The notes under the pieces are model-generated. The model saw only the letters and a program-made list of their open reading frames with translations, had not been told where the DNA came from and did no database searches. Positions 17,471 through 21,969 of a stretch of 24,665 nt of DNA are shown here, piece after piece (within the stretch, counting starts at the first letter, position 1; each line of letters begins with the position of its first letter). The DNA lies in the NCBI GenBank assembly GCA_038872135.1, contig JAVZGN010000015.1, positions 1 to 24,665 of the forward strand, in the 5' to 3' direction. The stretch comes from Candidatus Hadarchaeales archaeon (lineage in GTDB: Archaea > Hadarchaeota > Hadarchaeia > Hadarchaeales > Hadarchaeaceae). The position numbers and the translations under genes are program-made.

Positions 17471-17767
17471 TTACTTCATCACCTTGTACATCGTGTAGAG
17501 CCCCGCCAGCAGAGAGATTAGCACGACCCATTGGAAAGTCTCTTCTAGGACGGCATCCGTCTGCGCATCCACCACGCCGAAGTTGTATAGGAGGGTAGCA
17601 ACAGACAGGATTGCCACAACGAGGAGGGCCACCTTTACCCCGTTCACCAGCTTCCTCAGCGTCCCCACGGCCTTGAACTTCATCTGGAAGAACACCAGCC
17701 CGCCGATGGCAAACACAGCCTGAATGATGTCAATAACAGTCTCTACCGCCCCTGTCATCTCTATCAC
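17471..17767 (-). CDS. Small 3-TM membrane protein of unknown function
   Basis: 98-aa ORF with three hydrophobic segments; only intact gene in cassette 3. Confidence 0.7.
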   Translation of the reverse strand: MIEMTGAVETVIDIIQAVFAIGGLVFFQMKFKAVGTLRKLVNGVKVALLVVAILSVATLLYNFGVVDAQTDAVLEETFQWVVLISLLAGLYTMYKVMK

Positions 17768-17894
17768 CTGTAAGTTGCTGGGCAGGATTTTTATACATTA
17801 TGCTGACCGGTTCCGCGCCCTTTTAAGGATATACGCCTTCTTTAGATTGGCTGGGTTTGGGGCGGTGGTTATGAAAACCGAAGAAGATGAGAGT

Positions 17895-18020
17895 ATGAGC
17901 CCCAAATCAAATCCGAAATGCCCGGTCTGCAGAGCAGGCTCGTGAAAAATTGGTCTTCGACCGGTTGGCGCCGCTACAAGTACTCCAAGTGCGGCAAGAA
18001 GTTCGTGGATAAATTGCTGG
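17895..18020 (+). pseudogene. Degenerate IS1/InsA-type zinc-ribbon fragment
   Basis: MSPKSNPKCPVC, frameshift, then LVKNWSSTGWRRYKYSKCGKKF, resembling CPxC...vKNG...GxQRYxCxxCgxxF. Confidence 0.5.
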
Positions 18021-18107
18021 GTAAATTTAAGGCGAGAGGGGAGTACCCTGCTCCCGTCTGGATTAAGGTTTTGGTTCTGGAGAGGGCGGATTCAACCCTT
18101 TTTAGGG

Positions 18108-18129
18108 TCGAATCCCGTCCGGCCCGCCA
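18108..18129 (+). repeat. att-like copy 4 of the tRNA-Arg 3' end
   Basis: tcgaatcccgtccggcccgcca identical (22/22) to 13222-13243. Confidence 0.93.
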
Positions 18130-18213
18130 TCAACTCGGAAACCGACCTGGCGGGGGAGGCAAGCTAGGCTGATTGTCAACCAGATGCCTAGAGACGGGCA
18201 CGCCGCTCGAACC

Positions 18214-19431
18214 TCACAAATCCGTTACGCACACAAACCCCTTTCCATCCACAAACGTCTTCGTGACGACATAGTGCTCACGCAAACCTAATGACTTTGC
18301 AACCCGCGCCAGTCTTTTTATGTCTTGGACAGTCCCTCGTTCCTTCACCTCCACCGCAACGCCCTGTTTTTTCATGATGAAGTCAATCTCTGCCGTGCCG
18401 GTCCGTCGCTGATAATACATGATTTCATCCCTTCTCTTCAAAATGTTGAAAACGGCATTTTCGAGTAGCGCGCCTGAGGAAACCTGCGCGAAGTTGTTCA
18501 GGATTCCGGTATCACAGAGATACACCTTCCTCGCCCCGCTCACCTCACGATCAACATTCCTGCTGAACGGCCGCACCAGGTTGATGAAGTAGGTCGCCTC
18601 AAGAAACGAGAGATACGAGTACACTGTCTCCCGCGCTAGGCCCAGCTCGGAGGAAATTCTGCTCACGTTCAGCTTAGAACCGGTGCGTTGCATGAGCAGG
18701 AGGATCAGCTCCTGTAGTTTGCCGATGTCCCTGAAGTCGGCCAGCGATCGAACATCTTTTTCAAAATAGGACTTGTAGATGTCCTCCAGGAATGTCTTCT
18801 TCTCGCTTGGGGAGTCGGACAAAGCCACCCTCGGAAATCCGCCATAAGCCAAGTACTCTTCGTAAAGTTTTATGTTCTTCTCGTAATCAACGTAATTTTT
18901 GTGTCTGTCTTTTTCCGCAAAGGTTGTATAGAACTCCTTTCGCGCGTTCTTAAAAACCAGAAACTCTTCAAAATCAAGCGGGTACAGCTGGAACATCACC
19001 TTCCTGCCCGCAAGGCTTTCTGGAAACAGGTTTTTCAGGTAGAAACTGCTAGATCCCGTGATGAAAAACTGCACGTTGTAGTGGTCGAAAAGGTACCTCA
19101 CCGCTTTCGCGGTTGTTGGTGCCGCCTGCATCTCATCCAAAAAGAGGTAAGCTTTTTCCTTTGGAGAAACGCCGTATGGCCGCAGGTTTGCCCAGATATT
19201 ATCATAATTTTTTTCTTGGAAGAGGCGGGAAACGATCGGATTTTCCATATCAAGGAACGCCTTGTTTTCACTCGCGATCTCATCGAAAAGCATTTTTAGC
19301 AGGGTTGTTTTTCCAACTTGGCGCGCCCCAGTCACAACAACGATGGCTTTCTTGCCCACCCATTTCCTCAGTTCAGGCAGCAGCTTACGTTCGTAGAGCT
19401 GGTTCTTTTTTCTTTCCCCAATTTTGTCCAT
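18214..19431 (-). CDS. AAA+ ATPase with C-terminal DUF4143 (COG1373 type)
   Basis: Walker A 'GARQVGKT', Walker B 'LFLDEMQ', 'ITGSS', 'ESLAGR', 'YGGFP', 'KVYLCDTG', 'EIDF...VEVK'. Confidence 0.92.
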   Translation of the reverse strand: MDKIGERKKNQLYERKLLPELRKWVGKKAIVVVTGARQVGKTTLLKMLFDEIASENKAFLDMENPIVSRLFQEKNYDNIWANLRPYGVSPKEKAYLFLDEMQAAPTTAKAVRYLFDHYNVQFFITGSSSFYLKNLFPESLAGRKVMFQLYPLDFEEFLVFKNARKEFYTTFAEKDRHKNYVDYEKNIKLYEEYLAYGGFPRVALSDSPSEKKTFLEDIYKSYFEKDVRSLADFRDIGKLQELILLLMQRTGSKLNVSRISSELGLARETVYSYLSFLEATYFINLVRPFSRNVDREVSGARKVYLCDTGILNNFAQVSSGALLENAVFNILKRRDEIMYYQRRTGTAEIDFIMKKQGVAVEVKERGTVQDIKRLARVAKSLGLREHYVVTKTFVDGKGFVCVTDL

Positions 19432-19532
19432 ATATATCTTACAAAATTTTACTAAAATTGTCTATTTAAATATTACGAAATAATCCATTCAGCGTCGACG
19501 AACAGGTTGGCTGTAAATAGAGACTCATCGAT

Positions 19533-19549
19533 GAATCCCGCCGGCCAGC
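19533..19549 (+). repeat. Degenerate att-like copy 5 of the tRNA-Arg 3' end (island right boundary)
   Basis: gaatcccg-ccggccagc vs gaatcccgtccggcccgc: one gap and one mismatch. Confidence 0.7.
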
Positions 19550-19599
19550 AGCCCCACACACCAACATGTATTTTTACCCTTCTGCTATGGTTGTAGCTG

Positions 19600-19959
19600 A
19601 TGAAGCGGAGAATTAGGATAATCACGAATGACTTTGCGGTGGAAGCTGAACTCCTCCCAGAACGCCCAAAAACCTGTAGCGGGATTTGGGATGCTCTGCC
19701 ACTGGAGGCAGAAGTCGAGATCTGGAAGGAGGAGGTCTACTTTGAGATTCCTGTGAAAATTCCGCCGGAAAATCCAACCCCAAATACAACTGCAGGGGAT
19801 GTCGCGTACTGGCCGGAGGGCCCGGGCTTCTGCATCTTCTTTGGGAAGTCGCAGCCCCTGAGCCCAGTGAACACCTTTGCCAGGATTGGTAAAGGGGTTG
19901 AAAAATTCAGGCGGGTGAGATCTGGGGACTGGGTGAGGGTCGAGGCCTCCAAGGAATAA
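19600..19959 (+). CDS. Cyclophilin-like fold protein (TM1367/DUF369-like)
   Basis: 'PKT...IWDALPL....WKEEVYF.IP....EN....GDVAYWP.G.GFCIFFG..P.SPVN' signature. Confidence 0.85.
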   Translation: MKRRIRIITNDFAVEAELLPERPKTCSGIWDALPLEAEVEIWKEEVYFEIPVKIPPENPTPNTTAGDVAYWPEGPGFCIFFGKSQPLSPVNTFARIGKGVEKFRRVRSGDWVRVEASKE

Positions 19960-20122
19960 ACTCCTATAACATGGCAAAAATGAGGTGAAAGGATCGCTAG
20001 CCATTGCCCATTCTATTCTCAAATAGCTTGGCGCATTCTCGTGTCGCGTCCAGATTTTCAAATGCCGGCGGATAGATAAGGCCAAGGATTCAGGCAAGGG
20101 TGGAAGCCTGATTATGAATATA

Positions 20123-20332
20123 ATGGCAACCACAATTCAGGTAAAGGAAGAGACCATGAGGCTTCTCTAAACTTTGAAGCGGGTAAACAATGCGATAAGC
20201 TATGATGAGGTAATCAGGATGCTCTTGACCGAAAAACTCCAAATAAAGGAGATGTTTGGCGTCGACCGCGGGAAGCTGAAGCCGTTCACTGAGGCCGATA
20301 GGCTGGAGGAGCGGGATGCTGATCTTAGATAG
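20123..20332 (+). pseudogene. VapB-type antitoxin with in-frame stop
   Basis: MATTIQVKEETMRLL*TLKRVNNAISYDEVIRMLL...MFGVDRGKLKPFTEADRLEER; TAA at 20168-20170. Confidence 0.8.
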
Positions 20333-20700
20333 CTGCGGGTGGGTGGAGTACTTTCTTGGAAGCGAGAAGGGTGCCATTGTGAAGGGATATCTGGACAAAG
20401 AGCAGGTGGTGACACCCGATGTTGTGCCCGCTGAAATAGCGCGAAAATATACGCTAGAGGGAATCGCGGAGGAGGAAATTAGAAAGCGTCTTTATTTCGG
20501 CTAAGAGTGAAATCGAGGGCTTGGACGCGGAACTTGCCCTAGCGGCAGCTGAAGCGTGGTAGGAACTCATGAGTGGGGTGAAGAAAAAGCCATTCCCCAG
20601 CCTCGTTGACGGTATCCTGCTTGCAATGGCCAGGAAGCATGGCGCAAAAATTTTGACCGGCGACATTCACTTCAGGGGGACTGAAGGAAGCGATCATTCT
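20316..20700 (+). pseudogene. VapC/PIN toxin, frameshifted and with premature stop
   Basis: MLILDSCGWVEYF...AEIARKY, frameshift near 20497, TAG at 20560-20562, then SLVDGILLAMARKHGAKILTGDIHF. Confidence 0.85.
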
Positions 20701-20981
20701 ATGAGGAAATCCCGAGGAGCCGGGGCTGAGTTAAACTTGCCCACCAGAATTGCAAATACCTTAAAATCCAAAGTTGGCCTAAAACAGTTCCCTCTCAAAT
20801 CTTTTGACCTGGAGGTTGCTGCCCTTTGCTGACTCCACCGCTGCTGCTCAATCGGGGTGCCGAAAGTTTCTAGGTAATGGTTTCAAGGGGCCGCCCCACG
20901 GAAAATTTTATTCAGACTGCCGAGGGTGCACAGTCAGAACACTAACCTTGAAAACCAGTCCTACAGAAGCTATTCTTATGT

Positions 20982-21006
20982 CTCGCAACTCTGTCCCTGC
21001 AGAGGG
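20982..21006 (+). repeat. 25-bp direct repeat of the anticodon-loop/variable-arm segment of the adjacent tRNA
   Basis: ctcgcaactctgtccctgcagaggg vs 21076-21100 ctcgcaaccctgtccctgcagaggg, 24/25. Confidence 0.9.
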
Positions 21007-21010
21007 CAAT

Positions 21011-21026
21011 TTTATTTATGTTTAAA
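21011..21026 (+). promoter_or_regulatory. Candidate TATA box for the anomalous tRNA
   Basis: AT-rich tttatttatgtttaaa, 16-31 nt upstream of tRNA position 1. Confidence 0.45.
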
Positions 21027-21041
21027 CTCTTATTTATAGTT

Positions 21042-21128
21042 GCCGGGGTGTCGGAGCTCGGTCAAACGAGCAGGGCTCGCAACCCTGTCCCTGCAGAGGG
21101 TTCGCGGGTTCGAATCCCGCCCCCGGCA
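21042..21128 (+). tRNA. Class II (long variable arm) tRNA with Leu-type body and anticodon CGC (nominally Ala)
   Basis: Acceptor GCCGGGG/CCCCGGC+A73; D-arm TCG-GAGCTCGGTCAAA-CGA; anticodon arm CAGGG-CT-CGC-AA-CCCTG; variable arm CCCT-GCAG-AGGG; T-arm GCGGG-TTCGAAT-CCCGC; CCA not encoded. Confidence 0.88.
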
Positions 21129-21955
21129 CGAGACGACCATGCCAATCGTCTCGATCTGTGGGGAGGAGAAACGGGCGGCATCCCGTATCTTGGCCGGGCT
21201 CTCCGGAGTTCGGCCTTCTCCTTTTCATCTCAAAATTTTTGAAAAGTTTTCTTGCCTCATTTCTGCTTAACGGCAAAACCTTGCGCAAGGATGTAGCCGG
21301 CGGGTCTTTTCACCGAGCTTCAATTTCCCCGCTGATCGATGTTCTCATCAGCAACTGTTATGAAGGCCGCCTGAACGACCTAAGTGCTGTGGGTATGATT
21401 TTCTGATATCGTGCGAATTGCGCGTATGGGCAGCCGAAGGCTTTTCAGCTAAAATGGGAGAATCAATCGCTGGGTGGCGAGGCTGATTATGCTCGAACCG
21501 GTGGAGCAGCTTTAACACTTCTCTGAAGTATCTTTGAAAGAGTGGTGGGGTCGGCAGTTTTGAGGCTCGGAGGCGATAATTTTGATTGATGCGTGGAAAA
21601 TCTCTGAAATTTAAGAATTTCGGCTGTTTTGTTTTTAAAGATTTCTGAAAAAGCCGAAAATCCATAGTAGTAGCTGAAGGTGCCTTTTTATTTAAGCTTT
21701 ATCGGGAAAAGCCGAAAAGATTGGGATAAATTTCCTGTTTAAAATCGCTCGATTTGGCACATTCTAATTCAGAAAGCCTGCAGGTGTACACCTTGGGTGG
21801 GGGATATCGCCATTTGGCTGGGGGAATAGCCCTTGCTGGATCGGGGAGGTGTTATTTTAGGTTCTGGCCCATTCAGCAATTCATTTTGCAATTGAGAATT
21901 GGCGAATGTCCCCCATCTAACTGTTCTCGGTTTTTATTGCTGACAATTTTCCCTT

Positions 21956-21963
21956 GGAGGTGA
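21956..21963 (+). promoter_or_regulatory. Shine-Dalgarno site of the surface-protein gene
   Basis: GGAGGTGA 6 nt before ATG 21970. Confidence 0.7.
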
Positions 21964-21969
21964 CCGGCG

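Larger units (their letters stand above)
13244..19549. mobile_element. tRNA-Arg-anchored island of four tandem cassettes, each ending in a copy of the tRNA 3' end; no integrase in window
   Basis: Direct repeats of the tRNA 3' end at 16577, 17437, 18108 and 19533; cargo typical of accessory/defence genes. Confidence 0.75.

Noticed and set aside
13222-19549. CRISPR array interpretation of the recurring gtccggcccgc repeat
   Set aside because: Spacing is 0.7-3.4 kb with whole genes between copies, and the repeat is the tRNA-Arg 3' end; no cas genes are present.
21042-21128. Genome-wide reassignment of GCG to Leu, or reading the tRNA as Cys(GCA)
   Set aside because: GCG occupies Ala/small-residue positions in aIF5B and L39e. 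Shifting the loop to centre GCA breaks the anticodon stem.
21150-21195. Hammerhead ribozyme (GAAAC-stem-GUA resembles the stem III core)
   Set aside because: No CUGANGA box and no proper stem II on either strand.
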